IMG/VR virus record: IMGVR_UViG_3300008255_000064
Span: 1 to 38,189 of that record
DNA: 38,189 nt
Source: a virus
Taxonomy: Duplodnaviria > Caudoviricetes
Strand: one strand, 5' to 3'
Each line of letters starts with the position of its first letter. Position 1 is the first letter of the stretch. The position numbers and the translations under genes were made by a program. The notes under the pieces are model-generated. The model saw only the letters and a list, made by a program, of their open reading frames with translations, did no database searches and was not told the origin of the DNA. Positions 1-9,254 of this stretch are shown here, one piece after another.

Positions 1-123
1 CAAGTGAACGACGCCGACGAGCACGGCGGCCTCGATTGGGAGAGCGCCGAGTTCGAGGAGCTGCCCTATCCTATCCCGAATGAGTAAACCCTAGAGGGAA
101 GTCCCTGCAGCATGGCCGCCGGC
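1..123. repeat. Terminal direct repeat (copy 1); assembly overlap indicating a circular or circularly permuted genome
   Basis: 1..123 is identical to 38067..38189 and contains the 3' end of terS (stop TAA at 85-87). Confidence 0.95.
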
Positions 124-469
124 GACTATGGCAAGGCGGAAAACCGTCACAAATCGGCCGCCCGGACGCGGGTCTAAGAGCCAAAAGGGAGGGCCACCCC
201 TTCGACCTGGCCGCGATCGCGAGGCACCCCCGGCACCCCCCCCGAACGCCCACCGGCCGGCCCCCATGCCCCCTAGCGCACGCGATTTTATTGATTTCGG
301 AGCGCCTCAAGCGCCTCCTAGAGCTGTCTGCCCTGCGGCGACGGCCGGAAAATTGAAGCGGAAAATGGGGCGCGGGGAAGGGGGAGGGATTGACGCGCCT
401 GTATGCGTTGGGGCAACACTGGCTAGGCGCGGGGAATGGACCGCGCAAGTGGGCGGGGGATTTTTGGCG

Positions 470-865
470 GTGGATAGGAGTTATCTCACGTGGGCGCAGG
501 TGGCGCTTGAGGCGCGGATCCGGGGTATGGAGCCGGCGCTCGAGTTGCTGGCAATCGACGAGCACGATCGCCTGGTCGCGGTGGCGGCCAAGTTCCGCGA
601 GCTCGCTAGCGGTTTCAAGCCGATCCAGATCGCGGCCGATCAGCTCGACGCCATCGCCGAGCACGGTGCCGGCGTGCTGCGCGCGCCCGCGCCAATCGAG
701 CTCGGTCAGGCGGTCGAGACGATTGCCAGGCTAGCGCGCGAGAAGCCGATGAACCGGCAGGCGCGGCGGGCCGACGAGGCGAGGGGCGAGCGGCAGGATC
801 GGCGGCTCAAGCGCAGCTCGCGATTGCAGGACATTGCCCGCGCGGCGGGCGAGATGCTTCAATGA
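470..865 (+). CDS. Hypothetical protein between terS and terL
   Basis: 3' part of ORF 128..865; GTG at 470 follows a G-rich SD; ATGA overlap with next ORF; start uncertain. Confidence 0.6.
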   Translation: MDRSYLTWAQVALEARIRGMEPALELLAIDEHDRLVAVAAKFRELASGFKPIQIAADQLDAIAEHGAGVLRAPAPIELGQAVETIARLAREKPMNRQARRADEARGERQDRRLKRSSRLQDIARAAGEMLQ

Positions 866-1074
866 GTTTCATCCCGGCCATTCCGGGGGCTAACCGCGCC
901 GGTAGCCCTGCAAAGGCCGTCCTCCCGCTCGTGGCTTCGGCCGCGTCGGGCAATACCGGGTCGGGCGCGTCGACGGATTGGGTAGCCGGCGGCGTGGATA
1001 AGACGGTCAAGGGCGGTTCCGGCGTCGATTTTCCGCCTTCGGGCGACGAATTCGATTGCGAGGTGTGCCGGTGA
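862..1074 (+). CDS. Small hypothetical protein (70 aa)
   Basis: ATGA overlap upstream and GTGA overlap with the terL start suggest translational coupling. Confidence 0.45.
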   Translation: MSFIPAIPGANRAGSPAKAVLPLVASAASGNTGSGASTDWVAGGVDKTVKGGSGVDFPPSGDEFDCEVCR

Positions 1075-2678
1075 GCTCGATCGCGACGCTGATGAAGCCG
1101 GTCGGACCGAAGGCCGAGGCGTTCGCGTTCGACAAGCGGTTGATCACCGGGATCATGGGGCCGGTCGGCTCGGCCAAAACGACGACGTGCATTCGCAAGA
1201 TGATCCACGGCGCGCTGTGGCAGACGCCGGGGCCTGACGGCGTGTTCCGCGCCAAGTGGGGGGTGATCCGCGACACCTATCCGCAGCTCAAGAAAACCGC
1301 GTTGGCGAGCTGGTTCACCTGGTTTCCCAAGAAGCTCGGCCAATGGAACGGCGAGGCGCCCTACGAGCACACGGTGCGGTTCAAGGTTATGGCCGGGGCG
1401 CCGTTCATCGCCGGGCCGCGCCGGTGGGTGACGGTCGAGCTGACGGTGCTGTTCGCCGCGCTCGGCGAGCACAAGGTCGAGGACGTCCTGCGCGGGTGGG
1501 AGCTCACCGGCCTGTGGATGAACGAAGGCGATCTCGTGGCGCGCGACGTGTTCACGTTCGGCGTCGGCCGCATTGGCCGCTATCCGAGTGCCTCGCAGGG
1601 CGGTTGCACCTGGCGCGGGATCATTCTCGACATGAACGCGCCCGACGTGGACAACTGGACCTATGAGATTTTCGTAGACCAGGATCTCGGGCTCGACGAT
1701 GAAACTAAGGCCGAGCTGCTCGAGGAGCTCGGCGAGCTGTTCGGAATCGGTTTCTACGTGCAGCCGGGCGGGCGATCGAAGGATCCGCCGCCTGAGAACA
1801 TCGAGAACCTGCCGAAGGGTTACTATGCGCAGCAGATCATGGGTATGGGGCGCGACAAGCACAAAATCCGCCGCATGGTCGACAACGAGTTCGGGCCGGT
1901 GCGGAAGGGTCAGCCGGTGTTCCCCGAATACCAGGACGATCTACACTGTGCGAAGGCCAAGCTCGATCCGATCCGGGGCAAGGATCTACGCCTGTCGGTC
2001 GACGGCGGGCTGACGCCGGCGGCGGTGTTTCAGCAGCGCGATCATCGCGGCCAGGTCCGCACCCTGGGCGAGGTCGTCGTGTTCGCCGACAACGACGAGG
2101 AGGAGCTCGAGCAGCTCGGCCCGTCGGCGTTCGCGCGAATGTGCGCGCGCTACGCGCAAGACGAGTTCCCCGACAACAAGATCGCCGAGATCGGGTTCGC
2201 GGATCCGGCGACGCTGGCGGGCGAGGGCGCGGCGGGCGAGGATCGGAGCTGGCGGCAGACGTTCCAGGCCGAGCTATCCAAGGCGCTCGGTTACAAGGTG
2301 CGGATCAAGCCGGCGCCGGTGAAGGGGAACGCGCTCACGCCGCGCCTCGAGTCGGTGCGCAAGCCGATGCAGCGCCTGGTCGAGGGCGGCGAGCCCGGTT
2401 ACGTGATCTGCCCGGTGCGCTGCCCGATCCTGCGGCGCGGCTTCAAGGGAATGTATGTCTATCGGCGAACGACATTGCAGGGCGGGCATGGCCGCTATCT
2501 CGACGAGCCGGTGAAGAACGATTACAGTCACGTCCAGGACGCCAACCAATACGGTTGCGCGAGCTATGAGAAATCGCCGGTCGATGATACACGCTCGGGC
2601 CATCACCCAGGGGAGCGCGGCCATCCGGGCGAGCGCGTGAAGGTGACGCACAAGTATGACGTCTTTGTGGGGAGATAG
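1071..2678 (+). CDS. terL: Terminase large subunit
   Basis: Walker A-like GPVGSAKTT, VIRDTYPQLK, Walker B WMNE, LDMNAP, nuclease SVDGGLTPA and HVQDANQY; GTG 1071 with GAGGT SD. Confidence 0.93.
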   Translation: MSSIATLMKPVGPKAEAFAFDKRLITGIMGPVGSAKTTTCIRKMIHGALWQTPGPDGVFRAKWGVIRDTYPQLKKTALASWFTWFPKKLGQWNGEAPYEHTVRFKVMAGAPFIAGPRRWVTVELTVLFAALGEHKVEDVLRGWELTGLWMNEGDLVARDVFTFGVGRIGRYPSASQGGCTWRGIILDMNAPDVDNWTYEIFVDQDLGLDDETKAELLEELGELFGIGFYVQPGGRSKDPPPENIENLPKGYYAQQIMGMGRDKHKIRRMVDNEFGPVRKGQPVFPEYQDDLHCAKAKLDPIRGKDLRLSVDGGLTPAAVFQQRDHRGQVRTLGEVVVFADNDEEELEQLGPSAFARMCARYAQDEFPDNKIAEIGFADPATLAGEGAAGEDRSWRQTFQAELSKALGYKVRIKPAPVKGNALTPRLESVRKPMQRLVEGGEPGYVICPVRCPILRRGFKGMYVYRRTTLQGGHGRYLDEPVKNDYSHVQDANQYGCASYEKSPVDDTRSGHHPGERGHPGERVKVTHKYDVFVGR

Positions 2679-2681
2679 ACG

Positions 2682-2906
2682 ATGAAAGCAATTGGATCAG
2701 TTATTCGCGCGCCTCTCAAGGCGCTCGGGATTGTCAAGTCGCCGGGCTGCGCACCGCAGCCGTTGCGAAGCGTGACGCGCGACGATGCGCGCGATCGTGC
2801 GTCGATGGAAGATGAATTGCGGCGGCGCCGGGGTGGCGCGGCCGATATGCTGACGGGTGCCGGCGGCGCCGAGGCCGGCGGCGGCGGTAAGAGCACTCTC
2901 GGCTAA
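2682..2906 (+). CDS. Small putative virion-associated protein
   Basis: 74 aa; LRRRRGG...LTG...KSTLG pattern typical of small genes upstream of T7-like portals; GGGAG SD. Confidence 0.65.
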   Translation: MKAIGSVIRAPLKALGIVKSPGCAPQPLRSVTRDDARDRASMEDELRRRRGGAADMLTGAGGAEAGGGGKSTLG

Positions 2907-2917
2907 GGAGACTGAAA

Positions 2918-3655
2918 TTGGCGGACAAATCAAGAGACGTGCCGCCGGCGGAAAACCCGCCGGCCGATAACAACAAGCGGCTCGCCTATCTCGAGGAAAC
3001 GGCGCCGAAAGTGCTCGCGATCGCCGCGAGCCTGTTAGGCAAGCTGTTGCCCGATCACGAGCTCGCCCCGAGGGACGCGGGGGAAGACCCGCTCGTCCAT
3101 ACGATCCGCCTGTTGACCGAGGCGCAGGACGCGCTCGAGGAGCGCGCCGGCAATTCCGACGACGCCGAAACGATCGCGGCTCTCGAGGAGAAGGTTCTCA
3201 CGCTCGAGGAGGATCTCGCGACGGTGCGCAAGGCCGAAGCGGCGGCCAATCGCGGGGCGCGTATGGCCCACCGCCAGGGCAAGTCGCCGGGCAAGGCGCG
3301 CAAGGTCGGCGAGCTGAAAGACGGCACCGATCGCGAGGCGCTGCTCAAGGCGATGGACGACGGCGAGAACCTTGAGATCGTGCTTTCGACCGGCACGGCC
3401 GAGATCCTCGAGTTCGATCCGATCATGGTCTATCCGCAGGCGTTCCGCCGCACCGGCCGCTCGCGTTTCGACCTGATCGACGCGGTGATCGTCAAGGGCG
3501 CCGGCAAAGAGCAGCGCGTTCGCGGCGTGGCGTTGCTGGCGGGGGGCAAGCAAATAGCCTATACGGCGTTCCCTAACCCGGTGAAGGTGCCGGTGGGGCA
3601 GCAGGTGAAGTTCGATCGGATGATCGGCTTTGTCGCGCCGCCGTCGCCGGGTTAG
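2918..3655 (+). CDS. Hypothetical protein with central coiled coil
   Basis: 245 aa; TTG start with AAGGAGA SD; genome-typical codon usage. Confidence 0.75.
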   Translation: MADKSRDVPPAENPPADNNKRLAYLEETAPKVLAIAASLLGKLLPDHELAPRDAGEDPLVHTIRLLTEAQDALEERAGNSDDAETIAALEEKVLTLEEDLATVRKAEAAANRGARMAHRQGKSPGKARKVGELKDGTDREALLKAMDDGENLEIVLSTGTAEILEFDPIMVYPQAFRRTGRSRFDLIDAVIVKGAGKEQRVRGVALLAGGKQIAYTAFPNPVKVPVGQQVKFDRMIGFVAPPSPG

Positions 3656-3692
3656 GCGACGAAGGGAAGTGACGGGGCGGCCGCCGGCGGAA

Positions 3693-3726
3693 TAGACGCC
3701 GGCGGCCATGCTTGAGTCGAGTAGAG
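3693..3726 (+). promoter_or_regulatory. 34-bp dispersed motif, copy upstream of portal
   Basis: TAGACG-CCGG-CGGCCATG-CT-TGAGTCG-AG-TAGAG aligns ungapped with copies at 6787, 18167 and 32755. Confidence 0.6.
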
Positions 3727-3736
3727 GGTGGAACGA

Positions 3737-5407
3737 ATGGCCGACGAGACGGAACAGGACGAGGGCCTGGTCAAGGGGATCCTGTGCGACCAGGAGCGCA
3801 TGGCCGCGAAGCGCAAGCTCTACGAGCCGCTTTACAAGGAAATCGACCGCTACATCGACCCGTTCGGATCGGGCGGGTTCCAGCGCGCCGAGAACGTCGA
3901 TCGCTCGATCGAGGATCTCTACGACGTGACGGCCATCAACCAGCTCGACCGGGGAACGGCGGTGATCACCAGCGTCACGACGCCGCGCAACCAGCGGTGG
4001 CACGGCGTGGGCTTCAAGGATCCCGAGCTGATGAAGCTGCCGATCGTGCGGCGGTGGTGCGAGCACGCGGCCGATAGAATGTTCGCCTGCCGCTATGCCC
4101 CGCACGCCGGGTTCGAGACGCAAGCGAGCGAGGACGCGCGCCAGGAGCTCAAATACGGCACCGCGCCGCTGTGGGTGGATGAAGTGCGCGGCAAGGGTTT
4201 GTTCTACAAGTCGCTGCACTTGTCCGAGATCTACGTGCGCGAGAATTACTACGGCCGCGTCGATACCGTTCACCGCAAGTTCGAGCTGACGCTGCGCCAG
4301 GCGGTGCAGCAATTCGGGCTCGACAACCTTTCGGACAAGTCGAGCCAGCTCTATGAGGAGCCGAAGAAGCGCGACGACAAGATCGAGCTGCTGCATTGCG
4401 TGCGGCCGAACGGCGATTACGAGAAAGAGCGGCTCGACTATCGCGGCAAGCCGATAGAAAGCATCTACGTCGAGGTCGATACCAAGCACATGATCCGGCG
4501 ATCGGGTTACTACACGATGCCGATCCTAGTGAGCCGGCACATCACCGGCCCGCGCGACGAATACGGCCGATCGCCGGCGATGAAGATCCTCGCCACGGCG
4601 AAGGGGCTTAACGCAATGGCGCGCACGATCCTCGACGCCGGCAACCGGGCGGTCGATCCGCCGCTGTTGTTCCACGACGACGCCGATATTTCGGCGCTGA
4701 TCACCAAGCCGGGCGGGCTCAATCCCGGCGGCGTCGACGAGTTTGGCCGGGAAATGGTCAAGCCGCTCTACACCGGCGCGCAGCTCCCGTTCGGGATGGA
4801 AATGCAGGCGCAGGATCGAGCGATCGTCGAACAGGCGTTTTTCGAGGAGTTCTTTCGCCTGCTATCCAACCCGGCTGACCGCATGACGGCGACGCAAGTC
4901 GTGGAGACGCTGCAAAAGGAGGGCGTGCTGATCAGCCCCATCGCGGGCCGGCGGGAGACGGAGAAGCTCGGCCCGATGGGCGAGCGCGAGCTCGACCTGT
5001 TGCTGCGCGCCGATCAGATCGACCCGATGCCCGAGGAGGTCCGTGAGGCCGGGGCCGGGCCGCGCGTCACCATGACGAACCCGCTGTCGCGCATGGCGCG
5101 CGCCGAGGAGGTTTCGGGCTTCACGCGCTTGGTCGAGATCGGGATCCAGGCCGCCAGCGCCGGCGCCCCGCAGGCGCTAAAGGTGATCAATTTCGAGCAG
5201 GGGATGCGCGACACGGCCGAAGTGCTCGGCGTGCGCTCGAGCCATATCTACTCGCCCGACGAGCTGGCGGCGCAAGCGGCGGCCGAGGCCGAGGAAAAGC
5301 AGGCGATGATCGGCGCCGAGGTCGCGCCGAAAGTGGCCGGCGCTGCGCTCGACGTGGCGCGCGCGAATGAGATCGCGGCGCGCCTCGGCCAGGGTGGCGG
5401 GCTGTGA
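3737..5407 (+). CDS. Portal (head-tail connector), T7 gp8/BPP-1-like
   Basis: 556 aa; YGTAPLW, VDTVHRKF, EYGRSPAM, AVDPPL, RMTATQV motifs; position after terL. Confidence 0.92.
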   Translation: MADETEQDEGLVKGILCDQERMAAKRKLYEPLYKEIDRYIDPFGSGGFQRAENVDRSIEDLYDVTAINQLDRGTAVITSVTTPRNQRWHGVGFKDPELMKLPIVRRWCEHAADRMFACRYAPHAGFETQASEDARQELKYGTAPLWVDEVRGKGLFYKSLHLSEIYVRENYYGRVDTVHRKFELTLRQAVQQFGLDNLSDKSSQLYEEPKKRDDKIELLHCVRPNGDYEKERLDYRGKPIESIYVEVDTKHMIRRSGYYTMPILVSRHITGPRDEYGRSPAMKILATAKGLNAMARTILDAGNRAVDPPLLFHDDADISALITKPGGLNPGGVDEFGREMVKPLYTGAQLPFGMEMQAQDRAIVEQAFFEEFFRLLSNPADRMTATQVVETLQKEGVLISPIAGRRETEKLGPMGERELDLLLRADQIDPMPEEVREAGAGPRVTMTNPLSRMARAEEVSGFTRLVEIGIQAASAGAPQALKVINFEQGMRDTAEVLGVRSSHIYSPDELAAQAAAEAEEKQAMIGAEVAPKVAGAALDVARANEIAARLGQGGGL

Positions 5408-5748
5408 GCTCGGCCGATCCGCGCGATCGCCGGATCGCCGAGCGCGTCAAGAGCGCCAAGCGGCGGATCCTGATCGGCACCGCGCGGTGCTTCAAGGCGT
5501 GCTTCCTGGGCGAGGATGGGAAGGTATCCTATGAAGGCGAGCGCGCGATCGCGGATCTGCGCAAGTTTGCGCGCATGGGACACGGTCCCGACGATCACGC
5601 TTTCCTGCGCGATCTCGAGGGGCGGATCGACCCGATCAGCATGGCAAGGATCGAGGGGCGCCGCGAGACGGTGAACCGCCTGGTCCGTTTTTTGGAGCTG
5701 GACCCGGCAGCGGTGCAGCAATTCGTGGAGGTGGACAATGAGAGTTAG
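5404..5748 (+). CDS. Bbp19-like small protein
   Basis: GERAIADLRKF...RIEGRRE pattern; lies between portal and scaffold. Confidence 0.7.
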   Translation: MSSADPRDRRIAERVKSAKRRILIGTARCFKACFLGEDGKVSYEGERAIADLRKFARMGHGPDDHAFLRDLEGRIDPISMARIEGRRETVNRLVRFLELDPAAVQQFVEVDNES

Positions 5749-6772
5749 GGGATCGGTTTTGTCAGGGGTTGCGTTCGGCGCCATGACAGCGAGCGAGCTG
5801 CGCCTGGGGCGCTATCTGCGTGCGCCGGAAGGGCACGGTGACGGTGGCGGCGGCGGCGGTGCGGCCGGGCTGCTCGACGATGATCCGCCTGCCGCCGGCG
5901 GCGATGGCGACAAGTCCGGCGGGGACAAGGGCGCCGGTGGCGACGCCGGCCAAAGCGGCGCCGATCCGGCCGATCTCGCCTGGGCGACCGGGATCTCGGC
6001 CGAGAAGGGCGACGGCGAGGAGCTAACGAACCGCGATTGGCTCGGCAAGCGCGGCTACAAGGATTTCGATGCCGTGGTGCGCGACGCGCGCAATCTCGAG
6101 CGCAGCTTGCGCGAAGGGGGCAAGGTCAAGATCCCCGGCGAGGATGCCAAGCCCGAGGAGATCAAGGCGTTCCGCGAGGCGATCGGTGTGCCCGAGAAGT
6201 CCGACGGCTACGAGATCAAGCTGCCCGACGCGGAAGGTGGCAATTACAAGCTTGAGATCGACGCCGGGTTCCTCGAGCCGATGCGCGAGATCGCGCACCA
6301 GCACAACGTGCCCAAGGCCGCATTCGAGGCGATGGCGCAGCAGTTCGTCACGGCGCAGCTCGAGGACATGAAGGCCGAGGCCGGCCAGGCCGACGCCGAC
6401 GCGGCGGCGAAGGTCAAGGAGTGGGGGCAGAAGGCCGATCAGAACAAGATGGATCTCAAGCGCGGCGCGGAGATACTAGGGCTGAAACGGCAGGACGTCG
6501 CCGAGCTGCAAAAGGGCGGCAACGTCGGCCGGGTGATGGATCTGCTCGCCAAGGTGGGAAGCCTGGCGGGCGAGGATTTCTTTGCCGGCGAGGGCGGAAG
6601 CCAGAAGTTCGGCGTCACGTCGCTCGAGGAGGCGCAGTCCGAGCTCGATCGCATAAGCTCGGACAAGGACACTTACGCCAAGCTCAAGGCGAAGGATCCG
6701 ACGACAGTTGCCAAGTATGACCGGCTGATCAGCGCGGTGGCGCATTTCAAGGCGCAGGCCGCCAAACGCTGA
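5738..6772 (+). CDS. Capsid scaffolding/assembly protein
   Basis: Gly/Asp-rich N-terminus, GVPEKSDGY, KEWG motifs, helical; directly upstream of the capsid gene. Confidence 0.8.
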   Translation: MRVRGSVLSGVAFGAMTASELRLGRYLRAPEGHGDGGGGGGAAGLLDDDPPAAGGDGDKSGGDKGAGGDAGQSGADPADLAWATGISAEKGDGEELTNRDWLGKRGYKDFDAVVRDARNLERSLREGGKVKIPGEDAKPEEIKAFREAIGVPEKSDGYEIKLPDAEGGNYKLEIDAGFLEPMREIAHQHNVPKAAFEAMAQQFVTAQLEDMKAEAGQADADAAAKVKEWGQKADQNKMDLKRGAEILGLKRQDVAELQKGGNVGRVMDLLAKVGSLAGEDFFAGEGGSQKFGVTSLEEAQSELDRISSDKDTYAKLKAKDPTTVAKYDRLISAVAHFKAQAAKR

Positions 6773-6786
6773 TCCTCGATCGACCC

Positions 6787-6833
6787 TAGACGGCCCCGGC
6801 TATGCGCGATTCCGCCATAGCCGGGGCTGTCTA
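6787..6833 (+). promoter_or_regulatory. Long hairpin containing a 34-bp motif copy (possible terminator or processing site)
   Basis: TAGACGGCCCCGGCTATG-cgcgattccgc-CATAGCCGGGGCTGTCTA followed by TTT. Confidence 0.65.
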
Positions 6834-7062
6834 TTTCAGTCGATCGCGTGCCGGCTCGGCTTGACGGATTGCCCGGCTTCGTGGCAAGGATCGCACCTGT
6901 TCCTTTGGGGGAGCATCAAGCCCGGCTTCGCCAATCGTCTCGATCGGCCCCGGCCCTGGTGTGGAGCACTCGGCGAACCGTGCCGTGAACGGTAGAACAG
7001 GCCCGGTTTTTACCGCTTCGCCTTTCGCAATTGGACCGCAATTCGATTGAGGGAGGCCCACG

Positions 7063-7989
7063 ATGGGCGACGTAACTTTCACCGCACAGACCAAGTTCGA
7101 GAACGCGATGCGTCTCGAGCTCAACCAGAACAAGCCGCTGCTCGCTTCGCGGGCGATGGAGCGTGACTGCGCAGGCGCCGAGAAGAAGAAGCTCGAGAAC
7201 CTGATCAGCCAGGCGCAAATGAAGAAAAAGACCGCCCGCAACACCGACGTCGAATATGATCAGACGGGTTGGGACGGGATCTGGATCGCCAAGCCCGACA
7301 CCGACTATCTTGCGACCGAAGTCGATAACGACGACAAGCTCGTGACCGAGGTCGATCTCGAGGGCGGCGAGCTCATGAATCACTCGGCGGCCTACAACCG
7401 CGCCTGGGACGATGCGTTCCTGGCTGGCTTCTTCGGCGACCTGATCACCGGCAAGAGCGGGACGGTGCTCAATCCGTTCCCGAGCGGCAACGTGGTCGAT
7501 GCGGCTGTTGGCGACAGCGGCGCCTCGGCCACCGGCATGAACGTCAAGAAGATCAAGCGCGCGCGCCGGATCCTGGCGGGAAATTACGTCGATATGCAGC
7601 AGCAGTTCTATCTCGCGATCGGCTCCGAACAGGTCGAAAACCTGTTCGACGAGATCGAGGCGACGAACCAGGACTACAAGCAGCTCGGCGTGCGCCTGTC
7701 GCCCGACGGCAAGCACCTGCTCGGTATGCTCGGTTTCGAGTTCATCGAAATGGAGCTAGGCAATCCGCTGCTCTACAGCACGGATCTGACGGTGAACGCC
7801 TCGAGCGAGCGCCTCAATCCGTATTGGAGCGCCGACGGGATGGTGATGGGCGTCTGGGAAAAGATCTTCACCAGTGTCGATCCGCTGCCCGGCCGCCACC
7901 ACAATCACCAGGTCTATACCCGCACGGTCGTCGCCGCTTCGCGCACCGATCAGAGCCGTTGCGGCTACATCGAGAACGTCGAGGCGTAA
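7063..7989 (+). CDS. Major capsid protein
   Basis: 308 aa; DNDDKL, AAYNRAWDD, MLGFEFI motifs of podoviral capsids; GAGGGAGG SD; synteny. Confidence 0.88.
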   Translation: MGDVTFTAQTKFENAMRLELNQNKPLLASRAMERDCAGAEKKKLENLISQAQMKKKTARNTDVEYDQTGWDGIWIAKPDTDYLATEVDNDDKLVTEVDLEGGELMNHSAAYNRAWDDAFLAGFFGDLITGKSGTVLNPFPSGNVVDAAVGDSGASATGMNVKKIKRARRILAGNYVDMQQQFYLAIGSEQVENLFDEIEATNQDYKQLGVRLSPDGKHLLGMLGFEFIEMELGNPLLYSTDLTVNASSERLNPYWSADGMVMGVWEKIFTSVDPLPGRHHNHQVYTRTVVAASRTDQSRCGYIENVEA

Positions 7990-8008
7990 GCCCCGGCGTG
8001 ATCACGCG

Positions 8009-8050
8009 ATCGGCGGCCGGGATCGGGGGGATCGCCCGGCCGCCGATTTA
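8009..8050 (+). terminator. GC-rich hairpin after the capsid gene (possible terminator)
   Basis: ATCGGCGGCCGGG...CCCGGCCGCCGAT followed by TTA; weak U-tract. Confidence 0.45.
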
Positions 8051-8109
8051 CCAAAGGATCCCCGGAGGGCGGTGCTCCTAAGCTGCCGCACCCTTTGGAG
8101 TAGCATGAT

Positions 8110-8541
8110 ATGGCTGAAAAGAAATCACGCGAGCAGGACCGCACCGGCACGCCGGCCGCGCTGCAAACCGGGCACCTGGTGAACGGGCGCTTCCGCAGCT
8201 TGCGCGCCTCGGTCCATCTTTCGTCAACGGTTGTGGCGAACGGTGACACGATCGCGCTCGGCAAGCGGCCGAAGGGCTCGCGCTATTGCGGGCACCGGAT
8301 CACGGCGGGCGTCTCGCTCGGCACCGCGACGCTGGCGATCGGCGTTGCGGGCACCGCCGGCAAGTATCGCGCGGCGGCGACGCACACCGCCGTCGACACG
8401 CCGAGCGACGTCGCGATCGCGGCGCGCCTGGCAGACGATCCGCTGACGGCCGACGAGGACATGATCGCCACGATCGGCACCGGCGCGCTCCCGACGAGTG
8501 ATCACTATCTCGTGATCGAGACGTTCTACACTTACGACTGA
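8110..8541 (+). CDS. Putative capsid decoration/cement protein
   Basis: 143 aa, beta-rich (NGDTIALGKRPKG, TLAIG); follows the capsid gene. Confidence 0.65.
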   Translation: MAEKKSREQDRTGTPAALQTGHLVNGRFRSLRASVHLSSTVVANGDTIALGKRPKGSRYCGHRITAGVSLGTATLAIGVAGTAGKYRAAATHTAVDTPSDVAIAARLADDPLTADEDMIATIGTGALPTSDHYLVIETFYTYD

Positions 8542-8624
8542 TCGGCGAGGGGCCGGCGCGTGCGGGGGCGCGCCGGCCTCGCGCTCGGTTTCTCCCTCGC
8601 GGTGCGTGACAGCGGGGGGATTGC

Positions 8625-9254
8625 ATGGCCGAGGAGATCGACGTTGAAATCGCCAACCTGGCGACGGGTTTTTTCGGCGAGGACGATCAGGTTCGCAGCC
8701 GCGACGACGACAGCAAGCCGGCGCGCAGCGTGCGCGCGGTATGGGCCAAGGTCCGCAAGTTTGTTTTCAGCAAGGCAAACTGGAGCTGCGCCCTTCGCCG
8801 GTCGCGGCTTTCCGCGCGAGCGGCCGATGCGTCTTATGCCATCCTGGATCCCTATACCCATGCCTATCCGCTGCCGGCGGATTTCGTTCGCCTAGTCAAG
8901 ATCCTCGATCCTGTCGGTGCGAAAGACGAATACTCGATGATGCGAGGACCGAAGGGGCGCGAGATCCATTGCGCCTATTCCGGCCCGCTGGTGATCGAGT
9001 GGATCGAGGACGTCAAGGATCCTGCGCTATGGTCGGCCGAGTTCCAAGAGTGTTTCGCGATGCGCCTGGCGTGGCAGGTGGCCGATCGGCTGTCGGGGGA
9101 CAAGCAGCGCAAGCAACAGGCACTCGACGCCTACAAGGATGCGCTTTCGGAAGGCCGCAATTCGGATGCTCGCCAGCAACCGCCGCGCGCGCACGCGCAA
9201 GGCGATTGGTCGCGCGCCAGGCGGGACGTCCAGCTTAGAGCGCCGAATACCTGA
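8625..9254 (+). CDS. Tail tubular protein A / adaptor (T7 gp11-like)
   Basis: IANLA...G, NWSCA, YPLPADFVRL, FAMRLAWQVA motifs; synteny. Confidence 0.85.
   Translation: MAEEIDVEIANLATGFFGEDDQVRSRDDDSKPARSVRAVWAKVRKFVFSKANWSCALRRSRLSARAADASYAILDPYTHAYPLPADFVRLVKILDPVGAKDEYSMMRGPKGREIHCAYSGPLVIEWIEDVKDPALWSAEFQECFAMRLAWQVADRLSGDKQRKQQALDAYKDALSEGRNSDARQQPPRAHAQGDWSRARRDVQLRAPNT

Noticed and set aside
1-123. Biological terminal repeat as in T7
   Set aside because: It cuts through the terS coding sequence and has a k-mer-like length; an assembly overlap is more likely
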